Assembly (NCBI GenBank): GCA_040954595.2 | Contig: CM082577.2 | Location: forward strand, 3,305,703-3,369,702 | Reading direction: 5' to 3' | DNA from: Balanoglossus misakiensis | Lineage: Eukaryota > Animalia > Hemichordata | DNA length: 64,000 nucleotides | Part shown: positions 26,825 through 40,262 of the stretch, piece by piece | Layout: the number at the start of each line of letters is the position of its first letter | How positions within the stretch are numbered: position 1 is the first letter of the stretch | The notes under the pieces: generated by a model | Databases searched by the model: none | What the model was told of the DNA's origin: nothing | Seen by the model: the letters and a program-made list of their open reading frames with translations, nothing else | Translations under genes and position numbers: made by a program

Positions 26825-29800
26825 GCGCTCCTGATTGCACTTAGTTGGATTGCAGCGACAGATAAAACATCAACTTTATCAGAAGTTTGGAGACATACTC
26901 GCACAAATGTAAACTGATATACCGATGCATAAATCTTCATTTCACATTGAAGTGTCGTAAGTTAGGATTTGTCAGGGGCCGTGATTGAGTGCCGGTTAAT
27001 ATTCAAGACGACGCCGGCAAAGTATCATGTTCTCTTCAGCCCCTGTTTGGCTTATCGGTAAAAGCATCAGCGTTTATGGGTAAAGTTCAATTCACCTGCC
27101 AGTGATGAGGCAGTTACGTTTGACAGAGGGGACTCCCTGATTGCGTGAGTTATACGTGTGGCTATGGAACTATACAGTCGGTGTAGATCTCAGTGAAGAC
27201 GCGCGCGGCTGTTGACAGAACAACTATATCCTGCACGCGCCAGTTCCGCATGAAACATGTTGGTTTTTCGCCGTGCTTTCGTTTTCTCTCTTCCGCTTAC
27301 AGATTTAGAAGCGATCAATTATAAAGCTGCTTCCACCGAAACCGTGCAATGGCAGTTATTTTAAGACTGTCTGATAGAAATCACATGGAAACGCTCTGCC
27401 CCAATAAAGATTTAATGAAAGATTCTCGCGCTATGACATTGAATAAAAGTAGGAGGTTTACGGAACTGGATATTTGCCGTCCGCATCGAGCAAAGATGCC
27501 GAGTGTCAACACTAAAATTCCCCGAAGCGTTGCACCAGATTGAATGAAAGTAACCAATTATGAAATGCGGTGGGCATTTCTTTGCGAACACAACGACATG
27601 GACGTGATGTTTTGTCAAATAAGTTGTCAGTCGAGTGTAAGAACCAAACGTCGATGTGAAGTTCATCTGAAAAGTCATGAATGTCGTTTTTTTCGTGCGA
27701 ATCTCGAAAGGTAAATATACCATGGGACAAACAATTGTAATTTTGACGGATGAAATTAGTGAGATGACGAACTAGTTTGTCGTAGAAAAGTTTATTGAAA
27801 GCGGCGAAATTTCGGAGCTATGAAATGCAACCTGAACGAGCTTATCAAAACCGAAGATGAATATAGAAAGGAAGGAAAACGCGGTTTATGTATGGTTACA
27901 ACATCTCATACGTCAACCTGACAAGTTTGATTGTGCGATCGGGTTAATCAGACCTCATCGTGTACTGTCTGGAAATGGGGGGACGGGCTCAGAGAAGTGA
28001 TCTAGCACGTAGCGGAGACGTGGCGCGGCGGTTCGGTTCTTATCTGCTCCGGCTCAACCCGTGTTTATGGCCAGACTCTCCGAAGTCATCTCGCAGGCAG
28101 CATTTACTCGCCTCTTATCTATGCACGGCTTGATGGAATTCCAAGACTGTGTTGATAAAGTCGGAGTTATCGTTGGATGAATGTAGACTTTTCATTAGCG
28201 CCGCTGTATCGACTGAATATCTATCGCCAGGGCACACCGGGTCGGACTCTGAATGCAGAATGAGCGCGGGCGGCCCGTCGCGTTCCCGGGAGCCGAGTGC
28301 ATTGGTGAGGCGATGGTGGCCCCCAGCTCTCCTCTCTGGAAGATGGTCAATGACAATTGAAGGGATATTTTGCGGCAATTAAATATGACACACACACAAA
28401 ATAATGACCGCGTTGTTTCTTTCTCTCTAGGGGAATAAGGAATAGACTTGGCAAGAAGGTGATGGGCATTTACATCCGAGGGGAAGAAAACATGTATTCG
28501 TGCTACTGTTTAAGAGGTGAAGGGAGGGACTAAAGATTGCTTTCCCGGAAGAAAAATGGTTAGTTAAACAGGGTCAAACTCCCAGGGCTAAATTGGTAAT
28601 AAAGAACTAGAAATCTGTATGAGCAAGGGGAAATAAATGCATTATTTTTTTTAATTGTCATTTAGGGGTTTCCTTTTGGTGAGGGGTGCACAGGCGATAG
28701 GGGAAGGAAAACAGTGAATGAATGTACACGGAGAGATAAAAATCATATTCGCCGAGAATAGTGTTCGGTTTGGTATTAATTATTGCGATTTAATGTGAAA
28801 ATTGACCAAACCTTCATACGTTATGACGGTTATCGGCCATAAATCAGGCTATCGGAGCAATTTCTAAGTGGTTCTCGACAGTCAGGTATGTTTGATCGCA
28901 ATAAAATCACGCGAGGAGTTGCGAGGTGTCAGCGCAGTTTGAGGTATATCGTATTACAAGGTACACTGCATGCAGTGTCGCCGCGGAAGTCAAATTATAC
29001 GCAGCGGTTCTGCGCATCATTGGGGAAAGTTCACATTCAATTTCAGCGCGGTGCGAGACAAATTTCTGCAATCCGGCCATTGCCAAGGCAACGGGTTAGC
29101 ATCATTATCTTCTCGTCGGGCGCGGGATCCATCTTGTAGTCGCCAAGGGGCAATACTTCGCGCCCGGTGCATTAAGCGCGGGGTATCGTTTTTAAGCGTC
29201 GGGAAGCAATTGAACATTGGATCGCCGTCGCAAATGCTCTTTTGCTGGTGACAAATCGACACTCGAGTCGGCCAAACAATACTGCGTCATCTATTATGTA
29301 TTTCAGACGGCAGTGCAGCAGTTAACTTCAAACAAGCTGAAACGTATTAGACAACGCCGAGTGTTTCCCCTGTAGGCAATTACGGATAATTGAAAATTTC
29401 GACAGTGAACGAGGCGCGGGACGATGAAATGTACATTTGCCGAGACGAGTGTGTCGGATAGAATAAATGTCGATTTCACGTCACGCTCAGCTGTTTTAAT
29501 TTGCTGTCCATGGCAACTGGAAAAAGGGGTGGGGGTGTTGTTGAATCAGAAGCGACGAGAAGTGCGAGTATAGAAAATGGATTTTTGCATTCCGCCAAAC
29601 GCGCACCGTGCTATCATCTCTTATTTATCAGTTGTGAAATGGAGTTCCCAAACGTAAACTGCATCCCGGGAATGCATAGTTTCTGCCGACTCCGGGTCTC
29701 ATCACTCTCCATCTGTTCGCCGAGCCTCCGCGCAAACTGCGCTGCCGCTCTTCATTTTTATTACATCCCTTTGATAAATGAATGTCCATTCTGTCCACCT

Positions 29801-29899
29801 GTCCCGACATCCACATTGGTCTATTGTTGACACTTTCTTATTTCCTTCTTCATATCTCCGTGACTATATTTTGGTTATCATTCTGCGGCCAAGTCGCTT

Positions 29900-30060
29900 C
29901 CCTCTGTCTTTCTGTCTCTATCTCAGTCTGCCTGTCTGTCTCTGTCTGCCTGTGTCTCTGTATGTCTGTCTTTCTCTGTCTGCCTGTTTCTGTCGCTGTG
30001 TCTCTGTCTGTCTCTGTCTCTCTGTCTCCGTCTCTCTCTCTCTCCCTCCCTCTCTCTCCA
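29900..30060. repeat. Degenerate (TC)n/(TCTG)n low-complexity tract
   Basis: Directly visible. Confidence 0.85.
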
Positions 30061-31369
30061 TCTTTCTCACTATGCCTTTGCCATCGGCTCTTCTTGACTT
30101 TTTTTCAAAAGCAAATCCCATCACCAATCGGAAATCTGATAGCATAATGGATACTGACAATAATACCAGGATATTGTCGCAATTAGCGGGCTATCAATGT
30201 CAGCTTGGATCTCTCCTTCATGATTAGCGGGCCACGGAACAGGGAAAATATCAAAGGATATGTCTGTGTACATTTACGCACGTTAGAGAGATCTTTATGA
30301 CACGTTACGCCGGTCTTGTATCCATTTGACAAGACGAGTAACAATCTGCCGGCGTTTACATTTCATTCCCGGTAACTCATGCTTCCTCGTAAATCCGCCG
30401 GCCAGACACGTTCATGTTCGGCCGGGTCTTCCTATTACTCAGTCATCTCCCCCACTTTAACCCACGTTTCACAGTTTGGTGTAAGTCATCACAGCGTATC
30501 GTCCACTCATAAATATTTGAATTAAAATAATTTCGGAAGAAGATTGCCCCGAAATGATCGAGGGAATTCGATGGTATGCGCGCCGCAAAACGGGGGCTAT
30601 TGGACTCATTTCCGGATGTGTTCGGCCGAGGTGTGTGTGTGTGTTTTAACCCCCTAGCTATACGCATGCCCGATGCCATCGAATAACGACGAAACGATCA
30701 ACGTCTGCCAGCCATCAGACCAAACCATCCGGAAATCAGTCAGCGCTTTTTTCCTGCAAATTCAATTGCTTCAGTGTTTTTTTGTCTCTTTTATGTTTGA
30801 CTCGGAGAAAACCAATTACCTCAGTCGGTGCTTACGTCACGTCGCCGGTTCTGATGGTTTGCGTGTCATCTTCCTACACCAAGTGTAAAATTAATACCAT
30901 AAAGAATTTATTGCAGTCGGTGCATCCTTCGCTATGTCATTACACCAGCATTAACGGGACCCGCCAACGTGTAATTACATCAAATAGATTTCACCCATTC
31001 AACAAATCGCGTTTCACGCTTGGGCGATGCTTCGGCTAAATGAATTTCTCTCACCGGGAAGGTCGTCGATTCGCGGGGAGGGCGACAGACAATGTTCGCT
31101 GATGTCTTGTTGTAATTTTAAGCGCTCGTGAAATGAAGTCATGTTACCTTCCTCCCCCCCCCCCCCCGCCCCCAGATTGGTTTAACTGTGCAATTACATA
31201 AACTGCGAACGAGCCTGACGTCTTCCCCCACCTCAGGACATGCACTCGACGAACAACAAGCGCAAGTGGGATTTGACTGTTTTGCGGTGAACACTTCTGG
31301 GCTCTATTTAATTCGCGAAAATGCATCGATGACGCGCCTTCTATTGTCTCTTTCTCCCCCTACATGTAT

Positions 31370-31478
31370 CTCCCTCTCTCACCCTATCCTCCTCTTTCTC
31401 TCTCTCTCTGTCCCTCTCTCTGTCTCTCTCTCTGTCTCTCTCTCTCTCCCTCTCTCTCCCCCCTCTCTCCCCCTCTCC
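31370..31478. repeat. Polypyrimidine (CT)n-rich tract
   Basis: Directly visible. Confidence 0.85.
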
Positions 31479-33873
31479 AAACATATCTGCAGATTAAGTG
31501 TCCCTGTGTATTCAGTATCCACAGCTGCGCACTTTCAGGTGACGGAAAAATCTTCGCAATAATAACAACCAAATGAAAGCTATCAAATTTGCATTTACAT
31601 TGTATTTGTCGGCAACTTTAAGTCCTTGGGTTAACAATGCGTGCGATCGTATTATTGCATGATATCGTCATTAATTTAGGTAATTAATTAGCTCACAGGG
31701 TACAATGAATATCATTAAATTAGAGTAATTCAATTCGTTATTGGCAAACACACTAATTATGTCGTGACCGTTCATGAATGGCAGTTTATAATCAATGATT
31801 TTTGTGCGATGGCGAATAGTTAGCTTAAGAACCCTTTTTTTCTCAATATTTCTAGTACAATTTAAAGAAATGCCGGCAAAAAATGTGGGCATAGCGAAAG
31901 TACACATTCAGGCGTCACGGTATACAAAACTCTGCGCACTGTACTGGGACGATTTCACCAGACATGGTGTCTGCCACCCTGTCCGTAGTTTCCCCTCTCT
32001 GTGTTTGCGATTTTTTTTCCCAGCTTTGGATTTCATCCGTTTGCACAAACACGGTCCCGCTGCACATTGGAGTGAACACGACACCGAAAAGGTGATAAAA
32101 TGCTAAGTATTCGCGTTGGACGATTCAACTGGGGAAAAAAGGGAAAAGCCCGCCGACATATCTGGCGGACCGGGTGAACTCGAGTGATATCGTCAGGGCA
32201 ATCAATACCGTATAAAATATAAACGCGATAACTAGGTTGATATTAGATTTCCAAGACCTCCCACTTGGCGGGGTTTTCTTTCAACGCTCTTGAAGACGGA
32301 TACAACAAACAGAGCGCCATTCAATTAAGCGCCATGACACCGAAGAATCGCGCGTCTACGCCCGAGGGGTGTGATATATGCAATTGCGTACACCGGGTCT
32401 GCTGCACGCAATTTGGTCGGCGAGGGCGCTCTTCTCAGGCGTGCAGCTGCATGCATCGGAGCGTGGATCGTCCAGACACACCATCATTCAGCCGTCAACC
32501 CAACAGGTGACCGCCAGCTAATTATGATGCGGCGGCCTCATTTACTAAATGAAGTCGGCAAACACTAAGGGCATTCGTGTGAAATTAATGCTATCGATGC
32601 GTTACGTTCGGCGCGATAACGCACCTTATTTTAACAGTTTTCAAGTCCGTACACCGTTATTTTATATTAAGCCACAACCGTCACTCTACAGTACAATATA
32701 CAAGACGCTATGTATAGAAATGAAACGCTAAAGTACAACATTCTCGTCAACTTTGCAATTCACATGATTATGGCGAAAGCATTCAAAAATTGAATAGTCG
32801 CCCATATTTTAAACTACAAATTAAATTGGTCTACTATTGGTTACCCGGAAAATTGTTCCGAATGACTGAAGGCCTGTTTGATATTCAAAAAGAAAGTTTT
32901 CTCCTTCCGAATTCGTCACGGGACATTACAGTAACCGTGTGAAGCAGGGCTGAACGCTGTGTAATTTTTCAAATTGTCTGTTATTGTTCCATTTCAAACA
33001 AAATTACTCATGCCAAGTTGCGTTGATAGCAATATTAATTAGACGCGAATCGTGACAACTATTAATCTAATTTTAGTGTGAATAAAACTGTCATCAAAAT
33101 GATCGGACAATGCCTTCGAAATCGACATGCGTGTCGTTGCAAAAAATAGCCACCTAATCACGTGACTATATATCTTCACTCCGAACAATATACACTTCGA
33201 TCGGGTTAAATTAAGTACACATTCTTTGCTTTGACGTCAGAAAGGTTACTTTAAAAGTCGACTAAGTATATAATAGCTTTTTAAACTTGTAAATTCGCCA
33301 GTTGGATCAAGCATGATTGGCGTTTTTTTCGAAATAGACGTTTCATAACTTGAAAAAAATGTTCGTCGGAACATATTGTATTAAATAGTAAATAAATACA
33401 CACACAAAAACAAACAAGCATACCAGAATAACCCATCGCAAAAAGACTCATAATTACCAACGGCTTGGACAAATAACGATAAAGAACGGTTCTTTAAAAA
33501 TAAATATTCACATACTTTCAACATGGAAGTAACATCTCATGATATGTAAATTTTTGCTTTCTCCCTCGAGTCTTCAGCATCACCGATCGTGGACGAATTT
33601 GTGTGCGAGAAGCCACGCCGATTAAGACTGAGACCCTATGTTGTGTCAAAAATGCGAAGATGAAATAAAAATGTTTGGCAAGATTTTTAAGTGCTCTTCA
33701 CGATCGGGCATATTTGAAACAGATATAGAATCAATACACCCAATTGACTGAATGGTTGGAAAGTTATATATGAGTAAGATTTTTTTTAAAGGGGAAGCAT
33801 GTATTTATATCTTATTCGATTCATTTTTAATCCGTTGAAAAAAGTCAAAATAAGACTCTTTGTGACACAACAC

Positions 33874-34335
33874 TCAAGACGTCTGCTCTGGGAGGGTTTT
33901 AAACAAAATGGCTGGTCTGTGGTGGTACATGGGCAGCAGACGCATTCCGTCTTCGTAGTCCTTCGCTCTCTGTCGCAACCTGGTGATGCTCCAGTTTCTG
34001 CGCTCTTCCACCGGTCCGTCGAAGAGCCGGCCGTCGGTCGGGCAGAGCGGCAAACTGGTGACCATCGGCGGCAACTGCGGCGGCACCACGTTCAGGTAAG
34101 GCGTGGAGGAAGAGGACGTGGTTCCCGCGCATTTCCTCGGCGCCAGTGCGTTCGCGCGTTCTGTTTCGCGCTCCCGGTTGGTCATCATCAGTCGGTCGCT
34201 GCTGGAGGCAGCGGCGGCGGCGACGCTGTGAGCGAGCTTCTCCGTGCTGGTGAGGCCGGTCGTCTGACTCCCCTTCTGCTGGCGACTGTTCTTCTCTTGT
34301 TTCCTCCACTTTGCGCGCCGATTCTGAAACCAGAC
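33874..34335 (-). CDS. Uncx: Second Uncx-family gene, coding exon 3 (helix 3, OAR-like motif, stop)
   Basis: Acceptor TTTTTTACCTCGCTTGCAG|GTC is phase 0. Encodes VWFQNRRAKWRKQE..., a degenerate OAR RRNWSITRLRQRAKDY at 33955-34002, and TGA at 33874-33876. Spliced CDS is 933 nt, 310 aa. Confidence 0.92.
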   Translation of the reverse strand, partial: VWFQNRRAKWRKQEKNSRQQKGSQTTGLTSTEKLAHSVAAAAASSSDRLMMTNRERETERANALAPRKCAGTTSSSSTPYLNVVPPQLPPMVTSLPLCPTDGRLFDGPVEERRNWSITRLRQRAKDYEDGMRLLPMYHHRPAILFKTLPEQTS

Positions 34336-35720
34336 CTGCAAGCGAGGTAAAAAAATAAAACAAGCGCCATCAATTTAGTTCCAAAGCTAAACTATTCAAA
34401 TATACCATAAAGTTATAGGTATCGAGGTTGGTCGTATCTTAGGTGTGGTGCACGGTTGAGGTGGCAATATTGATGAATGTTTTAGAAGGAAAAACACACC
34501 ACTTTCAGGTTATGCCTGTTAGCATAACTGATAAAACATTAACATTTTATCAGTTTTAACCGAATTCAATAACGTGTAAATGAAGGCAAATCGTCAGTCA
34601 TCCACACACTATTCTGCTAATTAATTGCTTGAAAGCGACTATTTATATCACATTGCATGTTGAGAAGTGGGCCGGTAGGCTAGCGTCCAGACGTCATCAT
34701 AAAACACACTCGTTTTGTCGAACAATGCCCAACCACTCACTTTAGAAAAAAATCAATACAATTAAATGTCCAATTTGATTCGAAGAGCTTGTTACCTTTT
34801 ATTTTATTTACCAAGTGGCCTTTGCTCAAGTGTCCCTTTAATCGAACAATTAAGTCGCGTTTACGGAAAAGAGTAGCGTTTGTTTTATTGTTTCCTCGCG
34901 CGGCAAAAAAATAGCTGGCCGAATGACTGTATGAACTCAGGTGTCGGGCCTGATAGTTGACATCGATATCGCGTTACTCCCCTATTCTTCCCTCTGTGCC
35001 CGGCGACTTTGCCGCAGAGTAAACAGTCGTCCATTTTTCGCGCGATCGATGTTGTCGTACAGGGATCGCATATCGCTGGATTTCCCCCAAGCCAGAACAA
35101 AGAGCGAGTCAATCGGATCACTGTTAGCTTTTCATTCACGCGAATGGAGGTCGCCCCCATCCGTTGTCATGGGAACGTATTATTCACCAAGAATAATATT
35201 TCAAAACAACTTCGCTGAATCAATTAGGGGTCAGTTGTGTGCTTCTTTTGTTGGGGAATCGTATTGTAAGTTATATCGTAAAAATTAAATTAGTATCCTT
35301 AATCGGTTTTCATGGGTTGGAATTTCCGAACGCTTAGAGCCGGGCCTTCGTACTTTGCAATCATACGCGACAACATAACGTAATTTTTTATGAGAGTAGA
35401 AAATAATAATAATGCCATAATTCGTCTCTACTGTTTTCTCTTTTCTGACTCCATTATTTTTTTTGAGGATTCTTTTCTAGATCCACGCGCCATATGTCCA
35501 TGTTTCCGGCGCATTCTCCAGAGAGACCCGTGCCTGTTCAATTTCCCCAGCGCGCATGGAGGGAAGACGCACTTCAGTGACGCATCTTTGCACCTCCATT
35601 TGCCGTGTTTGCCTTTTCTATCGTTTCAAGTACGTTTCGTGGCGCACTGCGAATTATTTTAGTCAAATGTCAAGACGGCGTACATGGGGAAGTTTGTCGA
35701 CTATGTATACTAGAGAGAAA

Positions 35721-35890
35721 TACTGTAAAACGGGAAATTTTCGCGACAGGAAATTTTCACGATATCAAAAGAGGCAACTGTTACGCGGCGCTCGAATTTC
35801 ACTAAATGCATCGATATCTTCGAAAAACAATTTTACGCGACTTTTATTTTCGCGGGTTGTTTTGGGTTTCGAGAAGTTCGCGACAGGCGG
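35721..35890. mobile_element. Probable fragment of a non-autonomous DNA transposon in intron 2 of the second Uncx gene
   Basis: Begins TACTGTAAAACGGGAAATTTTCGCGAC, followed by repeated ATTTTCGCG/TTTTACGCG/TTCGCGAC motifs. This resembles transposon termini common in marine invertebrate genomes (recollection, not a database match). No matching right end seen. Confidence 0.35.
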
Positions 35891-36753
35891 CATTGAGTGT
35901 GATTCGCTTTAATACTTCGTTAATAATCCATTATGTTGACTCGTCCTTTTGAGAAGCGATGGTTCAGCAGACTGAAACTTGGCGTTTATATCGCATCAGA
36001 GGCATCGAGCGATGATGCTGCTCTCTCTCTGTCTCTCTGCGAAGGCACTTGTTTATCCACCTGCCGCGATGTGTCTCCCTGGTGACCCGGTCTCCTGGTG
36101 ACGAGTTTATTCAGGGGTAGCCATCTTTGGTGCGTCCATTGTGTTAGACAAATTCAAATAACAAGAGCCGTTTCTCGAGAGACGTGTTTCATGGCTAGTG
36201 TGCCACTTATGATAACTGCCTCGCCTCGAGCTGCCGTCCTACTGTTTTTGTGGTGAGCTCGGCGTATTTGTACACCTGAACTTTTGAAGTCTAATTATGG
36301 GCGAATTTTCATTCTTTAACTCGTTTCACACCGATTTACAAGTTTTCGTATTGATTCGGAAAATTGCCCGTGTATAAACTATGACCTCTTTTCAAAACTA
36401 ATTGACGTCAACGGTGGAGATGTCAGATCCTTTTATGCCCACGCAGGCGTTCACGGTGTTCGACGCTTGCTGTGTGACAGCTACAATGCTGACACCCGAG
36501 TCTCACATCAACTTGGAGTGACAAGTAAACAGCGCCCTCTTTCATTGCTCCTGCCAATCCGCGCACCCTGTGTTTTTTTTCGCCTCGCGCATTGCGCACA
36601 CACCATGAGCGAAAAAAATATGTCCTTTTATTAATCGATTGCAGAATTTTGTTCTCGGAGCTTAGAGGAAAGACAATTCCGTTGTGATTTCTTTTTAAAA
36701 TGCTTTTGAATTGTAACGGAGATTTGTTTAATAGCGATTTTCGCAAATCTCAC

Positions 36754-36953
36754 CTGGACGCGAGCTTCCATCAGGTCCAGTCTCATAGCCAGTGCCTCCC
36801 TCATGAAAATGTCCGGGTAGTGCGTCGTCTCGAACGCCCTCTCGAGTTCATCAAGCTGCCAGGCGGTGAAGTTGGTCCTTACCCGCATGCGCCGTGATTT
36901 CTTGTGCACTTCTCTCTTGTCGTTGGTGGCTTGGTCGTCACTTCGGTCGGCGC
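36754..36953 (-). CDS. Uncx: Second Uncx-family gene, coding exon 2 (homeodomain residues 1-46)
   Basis: Acceptor TTTTGCCGACAG|GC and donor CAG|GTGAGA. Encodes ...[54 protein letters not shown]-x-x-WQL and EALAMRLDL place it in the Uncx family. Confidence 0.93.
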
Positions 36954-37849
36954 CTGTCGGCAAAATAAACACGTATGGGCTGCATATTCATACCAATCAA
37001 AGAGTATTTCATTAAAAACCGATCAAGTACGAACTCGACTAAAGAAAATGGAGAAAAAAAACTCGTGTAAATTTCAAAACACGGCAAAAAGTTATAGCTA
37101 TAATTGAGTTTTAATATGCGACGACTTTTCAAATCGATATGGGACGGGGTTTATATCCCCGAGAGCGAGGATTACGACTTTCCATTTGTCCATTCAATCA
37201 GAGGTTTTATACTAAAATTATTAGTTTTCCTACGACTTCGTCATTTCAAACAAGAAATATTGAACGCTCTATGAAACTGTCCAGAGTCGCGTCTGTTTAG
37301 TTTAAATTGAATCGGCTTTCTCTTGCGAGAATGTCTCAATATATTTTCTGTTGGAACACCCGGGAGGACAACTTCAAGTACAAATTGCACATCCAATTAC
37401 AAGACTTGAACCAAGTAACATAGAGCATAGATGCTATTATTTTCTTAACATGAAAATACGTAATTATAGCAATGATCCACTATGTCGAGTAAATTTGTAA
37501 ACTGTGACATTGCATCTTTGTCAATCTTGAGATATACAATTTTGCTCCCAAATGTAAAATACATGTACTTGTTGCAGGAATTGGAGTACGCCTGCATTCA
37601 TTTTCTGGTGGATTTTATGATTATCAACTCCAAATCATTGATATAATTTGTTGGCAATTGTCTTTTGGTCTGGACTGTGGTGGCCAGTCTCGACCGACTG
37701 TTTGGTGGTTTTACACGTGAATTGGGGATTAGTGGAAAAACACTTTTTGCTTAATTCACAGATCATGAATATCCAAAAAACCGTCAATAATTCACTACAG
37801 CTATTTTCCCTTCAGACGATAACTGTCGGGCACACATCAAAATTCTCAC

Positions 37850-38120
37850 CTTTCTCGGAGTCTGTTTTCTTCTTGTCGTTTGGAGTTATGCCTTCGAGGC
37901 GACTGGTGCCATGATTGCAGCCACACTCCGCGCCGATGTGACTACAGGACACCGTAACATCTGCGCATTTCTGGACGGGGTGCCAGCAGTCGTCGCTCGG
38001 CGGTGCTTCGGGGGACAGCCCGAGGATGCTCTCGATGGTGAACGACGGTTTCTTGCGAGAAACAGATGCAGTAGTAGTACCGGAGTTGACTCCGCTGCTC
38101 GCCACCACGCTGGTGATCAT
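37850..38120 (-). CDS. Uncx: Second, divergent Uncx-family homeobox gene, coding exon 1 (MITSVVASSG...KPSFTIESILG...DSEK)
   Basis: ATG at 38120. eh1 motif FTIESIL at 38022-38042. Donor AAAG|GTGAGA after 37850 is phase 1, compatible with exon 2. The start codon choice is inferred. Confidence 0.82.
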
Positions 38121-40083
38121 GATTCGCGGTCCCAAGTGTGCAACAGACAACCGAGAAACCAAACCAGTTGCTAAATCTGCTCTGGTCCGCGAGGCGCGTT
38201 CGTCGGTACTTTTGTTTTGATAATAATTCCCAAATCAGATTTCCCTCTTATTGCCGCAGACCACAATATCGCCTAATTGTATCAGGCAGATTTAATGTTC
38301 TAAATAACATGATTGGTTTAGAGTCGCAATACATTACCGAAGAACAAACAGCGGAGTACTGGGCACTTCAAGACAGGAGATATAAATCAAGTGATTTGCC
38401 GGAGTGGTCCCATTGGCCAGCCACTTGTCGAGACCGTGGCAACTACTACATGTATCAACGATTAAATTTTTAAAATCGATTACTTAAAAGTTTTATCAGA
38501 AGTTACTGCGTTGTTACGGTCAAGAAGTTGCCGATTGGAGGCTTACACCTCTGCGCTCACCGCCCTGCTAATCGAATCGCCGGCCAATTTCCGAACTGAT
38601 GTAAAAACCTCAGTTGATCAATTTTTAACTTACATTGATTTTGTAATTTAATTCTGAAGAGCCAGTAACGGGACCGATCAAACGAAATCCGAAATCTATC
38701 TCTTCCTCCCTCTCCCTCCCCCTCTCGCCGTCTCTGTCTTCCATTCTCTCTGGGACCCCCTCCCTCTCTCTCTGATTCCCCATGAAATGTTTATTACGTG
38801 AATCTCTTCTCGGATATGCACTTTCTGTTTCTAACAATCAGACCATAACATCTACATTAGCACAGAGCCTCGTTTTGTACACAGGCTTTTCAACATCATG
38901 CCCACTCCTCAGTTCAACGTCAACGGATCATTAAACGTCTGAAATGGGATCAACAGGACCTCAATCACTCGTACGTATATCGACGACATATTTTGCTGCA
39001 GCGAATTCACCAGTTCTCTGCAAATACTTAGCGTTGGCCCATTGACGTTAAGATAGCGCAAAGTTCCTCCAACTATTTACAAACCTGAATTTTTAATACA
39101 TTTTATGTGTGTCGGGAGAATTATTTCAGTAATTGATTGTGATTACCTGCTGTTGATTAGTCGAATTTGAGCCCTGACAACCAATCATCCACTTGGTGGC
39201 GTTCACACAACCAAATCACTTCAGATACAGCCCCCTAAGCCGGGTGACATCGCTCGATTCTTATGAGAAACAGCGCCACCACCATTTCCAAACACCCGAG
39301 GCGTTTTGCTACCGATTCTGATTTATCCACCTTTCTGCGCCCAGATTAATGTGTTCTGAAAATTTGTTATGTCCATACAGAAAATTGATTATATTTTGAA
39401 ATAATTTTATAATAAAACATGGGTAAAGTTAATCATCGTTTAATTAGACCACGATCTGTCGGTCAAGAATCACAGTTATGAAAAGAATATCTTTGAAATA
39501 TTTAGCAACGCCAAGTTTTAAGTCGCAAAAATCCGCATTAAGCATGAAGAATATTCAGTCGAGTGTTAAATCAATGATCAACAAGTTTGACTATATTCTT
39601 TCGCAAAATGCACCAGTCGATACGCCCTTTCAAGTTGGCTGCAGCCTGTAGCATTGACTATTAATGTCAGGCGAGCTAGGGAGTCCACACGAGAAGGCAT
39701 GGGAATTTTCTTGGTGTTCTACAGCTGCCAACACTTAACCTGGACGGTTCGTCCCTGCACCTACTCCTAATGTATTGCTCAATGAAAGCGGGTATAAATT
39801 AAGTTTAATTGCCGGCAACCAGCCACCCTGTCGACATCACGGCTCGCTCAATCCAGGGCCTCGTGTTTGCTCCACTCGTCGAAACGACAGAGACATTAAA
39901 TCGCCTGACCAACATTGACAGAGCATTTTCGGCTAAACCTTAATATTAAACAACATTAAATACAGATGTGTTTTTCCCGAGCTCCGATACTTCCGTGCCA
40001 CTCTGTGTGAATGTATATGTATATCTGTCTCTGTGTATGTCTTGTCTTGCCCGTGTTTCTCTCTATCTCACCGTCTCTGCCTA

Positions 40084-40105
40084 TGTCTGTCTTTCTTTCT
40101 GTCTT

Positions 40106-40162
<57 letters not shown>

Positions 40163-40262
40163 ACCCTCTTTCTCTTTGCCTCTGTCGTCCTCTCTTTATG
40201 TCTCTATCTGTCTGTCTGTCTGGCTGGCTGTCTCTTACTCTCTGTATCTCTATCTGTCTCTC
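40084..40262. repeat. (TCTG)n microsatellite with degenerate CT-rich flanks
   Basis: Perfect TCTG run at about 40106-40159 with degenerate flanks. Confidence 0.9.

Noticed and set aside
33799-34363. 183-aa plus-strand ORF and 154-aa alternative-frame ORF
   Set aside because: Shadows of the GC-rich exon 3 of the second homeobox gene.
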